From: Podarcis bocagei
Taxonomy: Eukaryota
Reading direction: 5' to 3' (one strand)
Assembly: GCA_964188305.1 (NCBI GenBank)
Contig: OZ076885.1
DNA: 64,000 nt
Every line of letters begins with the position of its first letter. Position 1 is the first letter of the stretch. Positions 36,601 to 48,600 of the stretch are shown here, in pieces. A model generated the notes under the pieces. It was given only the letters and a program-made list of their open reading frames with translations, searched no databases and was not told where the DNA came from. The translations under genes and the position numbers were made by a program.

Positions 36601-39600
36601 CCACAACAAAGTGTTATGACGCACATGCTATGAAAATCAGAGAAGGTGACTATATGTCATGCAGCTGTTTATATATTTCACAGTAAAATGAATCTTCTGG
36701 CAAGTTGCTAAGAAATTATTAGAATGGTGTAAAGATGCCTCTACCAAAAATGATGTTATGATTGTAATTGGCCAAAACTGAAGATATAGTTAGTTTTGCT
36801 CTTTCTAGCAGCATGCTGCTGTTTCTAAAACTGATTAAAAACAACAAAAAGCTAATTAGCATAGGGCCTTGTGCCCTAAATAGAGAGTTTCCCTATATCT
36901 ATATCTCATTCCAGTGTGTTTTAAGTATTTCCCCCCCATCCCCTGGGATTGCTACTTAAATATTTATGCTAATTAAATTATATACCGTTTTAGTCTCTTT
37001 AAGTGTTGCTTTTGTTTTTGTTATGGTAGAATTTTTGCTATTTCTTCAAATTATGGCAAATATCTAATGGTGTTGTATTAACTGTCATATGTTTCTGCTG
37101 TAGAACTGAATTTTTGAACTTGTGTTACCTTTGTTTTAGTTATTGTAATTTTGTATTTAATGCTTATTTTACCAATTTAATGCTGTTAGCCACTTTTAGG
37201 GGTTTGTTTTGAATTGAAAAATACAAGTGGGGACCCACAGCAACTAGTGTAGTGCTTTATTCAGTTCAATAAACAAATTACTGGTTTAAAGCTTTTTAAA
37301 TTAGTTAATGAATTTGTAGGGGGAACTTTAATTGCTGGACCTGTGAGTTAAAAATAGGTGTTCATTTTTGGAGCTTTTTTGATTCACAAATGTTATAGTA
37401 ATAGAAAATTAAAAATAAAGTGTTAAGAATGGCCTTTCTAAGAATGGTTGTATTCAAATGATCATATCTTAATTTAGTGAGCTGAGATATGAAGAAAACT
37501 TTTGCCCACTCATGTGACCTTTTTCTCCTCTCTTCATGGTATGAGCAAACCAAGAAGGAAAATAGTTTCCAATTTCATCTGTTTCTTTGCATTTGATTTT
37601 TCCAGATGAATTTGAAGTGACTGAAGAGGCTCCAAGGACAGCCCTAAACCCGCCTCAAGCTAGCATGCCTCTTGGGCCTGTAGCTGTCAAACCAACAGGT
37701 AGCACCTTTCTCAATTTCCCTTTTAGTACTAGCTTAATCTGCAGTTACAAAGGTCAAGTTATTGGTATACAGTGGATGTCTACCAATCTTAAGAACAGTA
37801 TGAAAGCAACAAACAAATCCTTGTGAGAGAAGGATGCTGTCCTGGACTGGCTGGATGCAGAGGAGTAGTCAGAGGCAGCAGCTGGGGAACCCCCAAGGGA
37901 AGAAGGCTCAGAGCCTTCTTGGTGGTGGAACGATGACGAGTGGTCCGAGGGAGAAGAGGGAGCAAACTAAGAGGAGGAGGTGTCAGAAGATGAAGAGGCA
38001 GCAGGGTTTAGTGAGCAGGAAGAGGCTGTGGCAGAGTGAAGTTCAGATTCAGATAGGAGAGGAGGGGGACCAGGAGATAGAGATGAGGCAGGCTGCTGAA
38101 GAATGCATGCAGTTTCCCCTGCCTGCTGCAAGCAGCTCCCTTTCCCCTTGGTCTCTCAGAACATGCAGAGAAATTAAGAGAGCACAGCAACGAGAGACAA
38201 GATGATGAAGCTTTAGGCTGCTGGGGGAGGAAGTTGGGGGGAACCTTAGAGAGTGGTGGGAAGACAGATCCTCAATCCTTGCAACTGCTTCATTGAGGCA
38301 AGACCTACTGGGAAGGGTTGCTGTGACCACCAGGACTGAACTGTTTTGTTTCTTTGAATAGAGTTGACTTCACTGACACCATTTGCTATATTCATGGACA
38401 TCATTTGCTATATTGTTTTATTGTTGACCTATGCCTGACTCCAGCTCCTGACAGATGTCTTTAGTGTTGTTTATTAACAGACGTTTTGTCTTGTGTTTAC
38501 TTTAGAAATACCAGGGGTACTTTACTGTGGCTTGTTGCTCATTTTTAGAGGGGGCTGATTGGATTTAGAGATTATAGAAGGTTGTAAACATTAAGAATTT
38601 TGGCCTCAATGCCATCTTTAATATGAAAAAAACCCCTCAGTCTATTTATGTTTGACTGAACTTGTCTTTTCAGGACTATGGGACTACTGCCTGCTTTTTC
38701 AGATTTTTCCATGCAACCATTCCTTGAAAATTAGGGCAGATGAGCTGTTTATTCTTACAGGAAAAACTTGGAAAGCATCTTTCCAGAGTTTATTTCACAT
38801 ACTAGTGATAAAGCAAAGACAACTGGACTGTCTTTTGTGGATAAAAAAGAATTTTGACATTAGTGCAAGGCACTCTGATGTCTCTGACAGATAATTTATT
38901 CTGTGCAGTGAGGTGAGACTTGGGAAAGCAACACTAGTGCCAGTGTCTGGAAGACTGGTTGTATCCAACATTGCTGTTCCAGTAGCACAGCTGACTTCCA
39001 TTTGCACAATGAAACTTTATCCTCCTATCCCCTGCACCCCCCTGGACATCCTCAAAAACTGGAGGACTCTCTGGAGCAAATTTTCAGGGCTTCTTGGCCT
39101 TTTGGCTAAGATCAAGTGTAGGTTATTTGGTCACATTGGTCACATTGACTTTCTGTTCTAGGTGGCTTATGTTTACTTGGCGCTTATGAAGACAGCGATG
39201 AAGAAGACAGTGAGATGTCTGAGAAACCAGCACAGACTACAGATGCAAATGGCAATAATTCAACAGACATTGACAGTACCCTTGCCAACTTCCTAGCGGT
39301 TAGTAGGAATTGTGTTTTGGTTCATTAAGTAATTAATCCTGTTGTTTCAACTTGGGTAGAACATACAGATATTCACAGCAATACATTACAGTTTCCATGA
39401 AAAGGTGTACAACCTTAGACTGATGGATAGATGTTTTAAATCTTTGATGTATGGGTTGACAATTTCTCTTTCTACGTTATCACCAAATATTTAAATGCTC
39501 TTAATTTTTTGAGTCAAATGATGTCCTGTTTTATCTTATTTGTATTTTTAAAGGAAATAGATGCAATTACAGCACCTTCACAGCCTGCTGAGAACACTGT

Positions 39601-42600
39601 TCCCTCCACTGCTCCACCTCCAACTCCTCCACGCCCAGAACCCAAGGAGTCTGCTTCCAGTCTAGTTTTGGCAACTGCAAATGGAACAGACCAGGTGGCT
39701 GAGTGGCAATATGACACTCAGTGCTCCCTGTCAGGAGGTGAGCTCCATGTAATAGCTTGTGCTACTACACAATCTTGTATACTAGAGGCATTGCAAGGGT
39801 TGATAATCCATGAATTACCATGTCTTTTCTAACCGAAAGCAATTTGGTTGTGGTGTGAAGATGAAAGTTGGGAGCCTTTTCTGGCTAATCTGCCCAGGTC
39901 TATGGCTTCAAAGGATTATTAAAGGCAGCTGGTGAATGTTGGGTGGGATAACAATTGAGAGTGATGAGAGAGGATATAATTGCAATCTTCTCTAGGTATA
40001 TAGAGCAAAGCTGAGGATACTCAGATTGGAGAGGATGCTCACTGAAGTCTTGCTTTCTTCCTATAGTTGGAGTGGAGATGGGAGACTGGCAAGAAGTTTG
40101 GGATGAAAACACAGGCTGCTATTATTACTGGAATACTCAGACTAATGAGGTTACCTGGGAGCTGCCCCAGTACCTTGCAACACAAGTTCAGGGCATCCAG
40201 CATTACCAGCCCAGGTAAGAATGGCACAGGATGTCAGGATTCTCAGCCGCAGTCAGAGGTCACTGGCCTTTTCTCCAGGCATTCGGCTTGAGATCCTGTT
40301 GACCTCCCCGTCTGCGTCTCCCGGCAGGATACAGGCAAGGTCACTATCTGCGATCCCACTCAGCGTGAGAGGGACACACACTCTCCTCCCTCCTCCCTGG
40401 TTCCCTCAGGGAGGGGTAAAGATACAGACAGAAATCTATTTACATGTCTTTTATTCCTGTCATTCCAGCAGTACAGAGAAACGTGTCTGCACTCCCCAGT
40501 TTCCAGCAGTAGAGTCTAAACTCCACCCCTGTACTTCCAGTACAGGTCAGATGACACTCTGAGCTAACATCCGGTGCTCAGTGCAATGAATAGACTGCCC
40601 CTTTTTTCCACTAGTACAGTCCCAGACATCAACATCCTGTTTTGCATTCCAGCCACCTGCAGCTGGCTTTTGCATTGCTGCTTTTTCCTGACACAGAAGA
40701 GGAGAGTGAATTGGTGCTTCTTGAGTTTCCCTTGATGAATTTGCTTTTCTCTTAGTTCTGTGACAGATGCTGAAGAAAACTGCCAAGTGGTTGCAGATCT
40801 AAGCTCCCAGGGAAAAGGTGGTGGTGTTACAGCTGCTAGCAGTGCTGGACGTAGGGCAACTCTTGTGAAGCGTGAATTGAAGAAGGTTAGTATTTGCCTG
40901 ACTGGCTTAAAATAGTTGTTTTTAATGGAAATTTAAGAGAAGAAAAAAACAGCAACCCCACTTTTCTCTATTTGTTTTGCACTGTGTAGGCATCTGATTT
41001 ATTTTTCCAGATGGCAAGATAGAAAGAATGAACTGCATGCACTTTAGAGCAAGAACTCCTGTGCAGAGCATGTTCACAGCATAAGTCATATTATCAGGGT
41101 TTTATAAATAAATTATAGACAGATCTGTCTTGTTGCATATGGATAATTCAAGAGAGTCATAAAAGGATGGGAGGCATTGGATAGCTCAGTGGAAGAGCAC
41201 AGCGTTTGCATGTATAAGTTCCTCGATTAGTTTCTGGCATTTCTGTTTAAAAGGATTTCAATTACTAAGTCTGGAAAATAAAACTTTTATTCTCTGAGCA
41301 ATTCTCATCATCTCATTGGAAACTCTGATTCCAGGGCCTTTGTTAAATACTGGGCACACACACTAGCAAACTTTGCAGAATGAGAACTAGAAACTTGTTT
41401 TTCTTTAAGTAGGTTATTTGTGTTCTCTGTGACTGACTGCAGGAAGCTAATGATTTGGTGCAAAATCATATTGCCTTCACAGGAAGTGAATGAAGGTATT
41501 CAGGCCCTTTCAAGTAATGAAGAAGAGAAAAAGGGAGTGGCTGCATCACTGCTGGCTCCACTACTTCCTGAGGTGGTGAAGGAGGAAGAGGAGCGCTGGA
41601 GGCGGAAGGTTATCTGTAAGGAGGAGGTGGATCCATTGGTGGAAGATGATGTGGCACCAGAGCAAGTAGCAACTGTTGCTGATCAGCAGCTGGAAGGCAA
41701 CCGAGATATTGGGGAAGACCCTTCTCAGGAGGACCTGTGTAGTGTGGTGCAATCAGGGGAGAGTACAGAAGAGGAAGAGGAGCAGGATACTCTTGAGCTA
41801 GAGATGGTATTGGAGAGGAAGAAGGTAAGTCATTTGCAGTGAAGTTGTGGGAACTCTTCTATGAGCCATTTGCTTCTCTCTGCTGTCGATTGGATAAATG
41901 GTCCACCACTGAAACTTCACTGAGGGCTATGCAGGATTTTTTTAAACAAATCAATGAAATGATGCAGAAATTTTGAGAACAGCAGAGGGCAAGGCATTTC
42001 CTTCATTCCTCGTTATGTTGCAAACAACAGTCATTAGCTGTCTTAAGGAGGTGTTGTTTTTTCTAGTCACAAAGTACTGAACTGTGGTTTGAGTAGTGTA
42101 ACACTTTGAGAAGACTTTTTTATATTGTGTTTCCCCCCCACTCTTTCTAAGGTTGTGTCTGGCCTGCCATTGGTCTTTAATTTTGATTGATCTATTGCAG
42201 GTATATACCACCTTTCTGCCAAAGCATCCAAAGAAGTTTATAGTTTTAAAATACTTAACAAATGAATTATATAAAATGTAAAGTTGGTCCTGTGGTGGGG
42301 AGTGGACAGCTTGACTGGAGTAGGCCCTGATCCTATCTTTGCTTGCCTGCCTCCTCATCTTGATTCTTCCTTTTCAATATATGACAGTTTAAGAAGGGTG
42401 CACAAGTAGCAATCCTACACTTGCAACCTCTTACAACTATACAAGCAGCCTGAGTTTGTCTCTAAGCAGGTGCAGGTGAAACCTTTGCATTTAACAGCAT
42501 AACTTCATGAAAAAGATAAATGTCTTATTTTTCTGCAATGTTGAAGCCTACTGCCTCTGAAGTAATCTCTCTCCAGAAAAGTTGTACTAGCTGTGTAAAA

Positions 42601-45600
42601 TAAAAGGGGGAGAATGGACATGTAGACAAATGCAGAGGAATAAGAAGAGAAACAAATAAGTTGTTCCCCAGCACTGAAAGAATGTTTTGCCTTATAGGCA
42701 GAGCTACGTGCTTTAGAAGAAGGTGATGGGAGTATTTCGGGTTCCAGTCCACTTTCTGATGGAAGTCAGTCAGAGTTAGCACGACGGTTGCTACCCAAGC
42801 AAGGAAAATGGAAGCTCTTTGGGGTTGCCAGCCCAGAATCCACCAGCCGAGGGTCTAGCAAGACAGGTCAAGAGAGTCCTGAACCTGGACAAGCAGGTAA
42901 GAGTCTTCTGCTTAGGACCCTTTTTGGCTCTTAAGTTATATCTAGTGCTACTAGGGAGGGAAGCTATTGGTGGAATTTAGCATTGCACTATTATGAACAT
43001 TCTGTCTGTATAACCATTTCAGCTTGTCAGATGGAACAATCCCTCCTCTCCTCCCCCTGTGTGCTGTTTTGCACATTCTCCAGACCTCCGCCCCTGAGCC
43101 AATTTGAGGAGACAGGGGAGAGGGGGAAGCCTCGTTGCACAAGCAGAAACCCTTGCCCAGAGCTTCTGCTGATGGGCTCCTTAGGTGAATCCCACCCTTA
43201 AGTTTTTAAAGTGGGTATTAGGTGTGTCTCCCCAAGACTGAGGTAGGAAGATACTGGTCACGCCAATAATTCCAATCCAGGGTCTGAAATGGTCTCCTCT
43301 TGTGTTAAAGAAAAACATAATACCACATAGCAGGTTGAAAAGGCAGGATTCTCCTCCCCACCCTTCCCCAAGTAAGTTGCCTATCATTCTTACCTATGCC
43401 AGTCCATTGTAAAAGGGAAGATATACTGGGCACTAAATGGAGAATGACTTACAAACACTCCCCACCCCCTCTTGTTTTCTGTTCAGCGGTGAAAGAAGAA
43501 CCAGAAGTGGCTGAGCAGAACTCGGACAATGAGCCAGACACAGAGGAATTGCAAGACAAAGTGAAAACACAAGGGACTTTCAAAGCAGAAGATGAGGAGC
43601 AGGACTTAAAGGTATGTGGGTTTATGGTTCTGCTGTGAAACCTAAGCAATATTACTTGAGGCAGTTCACACAATTCCAAATGTCTTCAAATTGAGTTGGC
43701 TTTTTTCTCCTTTTTACTTTATCTTTTCTTCAGTCAGTTGAAATTGCCACACATGATTTCCATGGCATGATTAGGTGCTGCTGTACTGATTGGAGATACC
43801 TAAAGTATGCAATTGATTATTGACTGTCTGGAATCTGAGCACACAATGAATGTGTACACATGAAGCTTATAGTTCAACTCAGTTTGAAACTGCCACCCTT
43901 CTTGTGGGTTATATTGGCCTTTAGATCCCTATCAGTACTTAACCTTGGCTAGGAGACTTCAAAGCTGTGTAGCTTTATTGTGCAGAGTAGTTTTGAAATT
44001 CTTCTAGGTTATTGTTCCGTAGGGGTGCTTCTGATACTGCTTTTTAGTGATGTGTGTCAGGTATAGTATCAAATAAGGTATTTCTTGATGGGAATTAGGA
44101 AGGTGTGGCACTTAAATGCAGTTGTTAATGTCTGTCAGAAATACTTAGCTGGAAATAGCATTCAGTCATTATGTTCTTTGTGTGTTCCCTGTACCCATTA
44201 TCCCTGTATTAAGTGTTGCTGTTTAGAAGATATTGGCACTGGGAAATGGGACAGTCTCTTCTTGTATGAGAATAAATTGAAAATAGTTGCATTAGCCATA
44301 TGGATTATCCATGTGTAACACTCGAGTTAAAAGTAGAGAAAATATTAGATAGCCTCAACGTATTCCTGCAAAATGGCTGCTAATGCTGTGGGCAGAGCAT
44401 ACTTTCAGAATTTGGCACAATTTTTTGCCAATTGTAAGTTACTGGTCAGGTCACACCTCTTTTTGTTAAAACAGATGGTGTCTTGTACACTTCAGCATTG
44501 CAATTGCCTTGTGCATTGTGACTAGCACAAAATTATTGACCCCTTGCTTGCTTTACTTCTGGCAGTTTCAGATTGGAGAGCTGGCCAACATGTTGATAAG
44601 CAAGCTGGAGTTCTTGGGCATCAGTAGACAATCCATCTCTAACTTCCACATGCTACTGTTGCAGACTGAGGTAACGAAAGTTTACCTTTTATTGAAAATT
44701 AATCATAGGGAGCCAAACAACTGGCAGCATTGCAGTGTGATAGGAATCTAGGAAGTTTTAAGTATTATGGCATGGATAACAGGCTTCCTTTCCCTCGTTC
44801 CTTCCCGCTCCCTCCCCCTTGGGCCTCAAGCAGAATGCTTTAGTCCAGTAACGTATCGGAGGCTTTCTTGATCTATATGTAGTTCTCATCATGTTCTTTG
44901 TCATTAGTGCTGACTCTTGTATTAGTGCTACTAACATTGGGTGAGATTCATCTAACCAGTCTGATTTTTCCTTGTGCAACTGGGCTTCCCAGCCCTCTCG
45001 CTTGCATGCCCCCTGTGCCCTCCAAAATTGGCACAGGAGGGTCAGTAGAACCCACAGAACAGCATACATTGGGTTAGGAGAGGAGGAGATGGTACTATCT
45101 GGGAAGCTGTCATGTGTGTGCAAACACAACAACTGACATTGAATTCCACCCACTGTGTAGAACTGCAAAGTTAAGTGGAAAGTGATGTGCATGAGACCAA
45201 TTGTCTCTACAGGTTTTTCATTATTTTCCCTTGCCTGCTTGGTATAGACCCGTATTGCAGACTGGCGGGAAGGAGCTCTCCAAGGAAACTACCTCAAACG
45301 CAAATTGCAAGATGCAGCTGAACAGCTAAAACAGTATGAAATAAACGCCGCCCCTAAAGGCTGGTCCTGCCACTGGGACAGGTACGCACTCTTCTCCCCT
45401 TTTCACCTTTCACCTTTGACATCTCAGACATGATTTGTGACCATCACCACCTGCCGACGTGCCGTCATCTGTCTGGAGACTGAGAGCAGCTGCACTTAGC
45501 GGTGCTGAGCGGGCAGAGAGCCTCTGGCACATACAGAGTTTCAGCCAGCCACAAAAATTGGAGAAATATAAAGTCTGTGTTAAGTGTGTTGAAATGGATT

Positions 45601-48600
45601 TGATTCCGCGATTGGACAGAGCTGGTGTTTACTCTTGAGTGTAAATGCGCTAAGGAGGGCGGGCTTGGGGGGTCGCGCATGCGAGAGCTCTGTGCACATT
45701 GCAGGATCTCAGGAACTCCGCTCCCAAGTAACGCCTGTGTCCTTATGGAAAGCTCCCTCACTGAGGATCTCAACGAAGAACAAGATAACTGTCTCCTGCC
45801 AGCAGGTCAGACCAAACTATTTCTTCTTATATTTGGCTTTCTTGATTCTTTTTGTTTATTTGAAATCTTTGCTCTTTTGTTTTTCAGCTCCCAGATCCTC
45901 TCCCTCTCAGTAGCAATTCACTATGTCTGACACCAAGAGTATCATAAATGTGACTGCAGCAGTCCATGGGGGAGCAGCCATCTTTCATAAATTGGGCTGT
46001 TTCTCTTTTTGCTATTCTGGAAGGAAATGAATCCTGAGACTACCTAAAAAGTCTATTTCCTAATGCATCCTTGAACCTTTAATTGCACACCAGCCACAAG
46101 CTGCTTCAATAACCCTCTACTTTTAGAGTGGAGGGTCAGGTCTGTGATCACAGAGCCAGCAGCGCAAACAGTTTGGAGTAAGCCCATCTTGCAAATCCTT
46201 CCTCAAAGCTGTTTGTTGCCTTTGTGAACAGCAGTCCTACTGTAAGAGGTTCTTCCTGTGAGAGCACTCCGCTGTCGCGGGAGAGGACTATATCATTGTG
46301 TCAGTGCAGGGGCGAGAGCATAAAACCTTGTTTTCTTTCTTGTGATTTAGGGATCATAGACGCTATTTCTATGTTAACGAACAATCAGGCGAATCCCAAT
46401 GGGAGTTCCCAGATGGGGAGGAGGAAGAGGAGGGGCAAATCCTAGAGAATAAAATGGAAGCTCTTCCTAAACAAGGACTAAAGGAGAAAATGGAGTCTGG
46501 TGCAGAATCATCTGATAATACTACAGGTACTGGACCTTGAGGGTTTGCTAAAAGAAAGTTAACCCAATTTGGAATAATGTTTTTAAGAAGGTAGTCTCCT
46601 TGTTATTCTCGTAAGTATATTCAATTACTAAAGGCTATTGCTCAGAAATCCTTTGTATTGCAGTATTCAGCCAGGTGGAGATGAACTGAAATTAGTGCAT
46701 TAGTGCAGGATGGGGAACCTGCTGGCCTCCATGTGTTGAGTGCCCGTCAGCCACAGCTAACAAGCCCTGTGGTCCTGTGTTAGGGCCTGTGGTCCTGTGT
46801 TTAGCAATATCCATAGTGCCACAAGTTCCTCACACTCATCTTTACCCAACTTTAGAGATATCTCTGTCAATTGTTATGCATGTGGTTCATATAGCATACC
46901 CCCATCCCATATTGACATGGGAAGTATAATTTCTTTCTGCTTGTATTGTTTTTCCATTTTGTTTTTTAAAATTGGGGGCTGGTTAGTGGGATCATTATAA
47001 TACTTTCCCAATGAAGTTTTTCTTCTCTGAAAAGAAGCAGCATAACAGTGGAAGGAAAGTTTTAAGATGGGTGGATAGTTCTTGCAGGTATGGGATAATA
47101 TAAAAAACCTACATGGTTTCGTTCTTTCTTTCTTTTCATTTTTAGGGTCTCTTCTTAAAGAGCCTCTTTCTAGTCAAACTGCAGCTACCTCTCTTGTGCC
47201 TCTCAGTCCATTTTGGACTGTGCTCCAGCCCTCTGTCCCTGTACTTCAGCCCCCTTTACCTTTGGAAATGCCACCACCGCCGCCACCCCCTCCAGAGTCA
47301 CCCCCTCCCCCACCGCCACCCCCACCCCCTCCCCCACCAGGGGAAGATGGGGAAATACAGGAAGTAGAGATGGAGGATGAAGGAGATGAGGAACCACCAG
47401 CACCAGGAACAGAGGAAGATGCTGTACTGAAACCTCTTCTCCGACCAGCAGTTGCCAACAGCCAAGTAAGTTAGTGCATTTGGACCCTCTAGCAGTTCTA
47501 TAAAAGCTAATATCAGGCATGGATTGTATGCAGGTTTGACCTGTGAATCTTCTGCATTCTTGCATTTTATATTGTAAAACCGTCTTGCCCTCTTTGCCGC
47601 CTGTAGCATAAACTTTCTACTACAATCTTCTATAGCAGTCAGTAAATGAAAAGTAGTTTGTTTCTGCCATTCAAGTTTTGTGCCAAAGTCCCTTGTAAAA
47701 CGTGTGTCAGAAAACGAATTTGTGTGACCCATATACAATATGGAAATACATGCTGTGATAGTGATGTTGCAAAGTGAGAAGCCAACAGAATGATTTCAGA
47801 TAGAGGAAATGAATGTTGCTTTTTCACAAGAACTAAAATTGCCCGTCAGATAATCTGCAGTGATTTGATTTGTTAGTCTAAAAGCTCCTACACATCCAAG
47901 ACAATTTCCCTGAAACTACATGGAATTTTATAAGAAAAGACATGCATGTTCCAAAAATGTACAGAGACTATTTAAAAGAACCAAACTAATTGACATCTGT
48001 CTGCTTCCAGGCCAACTCTGAGGCCAACGTATCTGCACCTCTCTCCACTAAATCTCTTAAGAGAAAAGCTTCTGAAATTAGTGCTGGACTGGTGCAACGA
48101 GCAGCAACCATTGGAAGCTGTCCAGTGCTCTATGGGCAGTCAGTCATAGGTGTTGGTGAGTAACATCCACATCCTTCTGCTTAGCTGCTTGATATCCCTG
48201 GAAAAGTGTTTTGGAAATAATTCCCATTCTCCCCCCCCCCCTTTGTGTATACAGGCCCTCAGACCCCAGGGGTGAGTTTGCAACAGAGTTTCCTTGGAGT
48301 AACACAGCCGGCACTCATGAATTATTCTGAGTGTAGTGTGCCTGTTGGTCTTTCTGCCAGCACCACACAGCCAGTTCCTACACAAGGAGCCGCTCCTGCC
48401 ACTAGCACCGCAGAACAGCTGTCGCCGCCTCCACCACCACCTCCACTGTCTCCACCGCCACCCAAAACACTACCTCCAGAGAAGTCAAAGAAGCTTAGGA
48501 GAGCTGGCAAGGTGAGTACTTAAATTTGTACTTCCTGCCATTGTACATGCCAAAAATTGGACATATAGGTTGAAATGTGTATTATTTTACTCTGCTAGAC

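Noticed and set aside
37834-38205. 123-aa ORF and acidic-looking coding sequence in FNBP4 intron 2
   Set aside because: It lies within a solo LTR, has no recognisable homology, and FNBP4 exons 2 and 3 join in phase without it.
45428-45490. Possible C/D-box snoRNA in FNBP4 intron 11 (ATGATT...CTGA)
   Set aside because: No proper RTGATGA C box and no convincing terminal stem.
46766-46803. Short tandem duplication CCTGTGGTCCTGTGTT x2 (similar one near 10223-10255)
   Set aside because: Ordinary slippage-type duplication in intronic DNA with no sign of function.
47246-47458. Gly/Ser-rich minus-strand ORF (and the similar one at 48322-48510)
   Set aside because: It is simply the antisense of FNBP4 polyproline exons.
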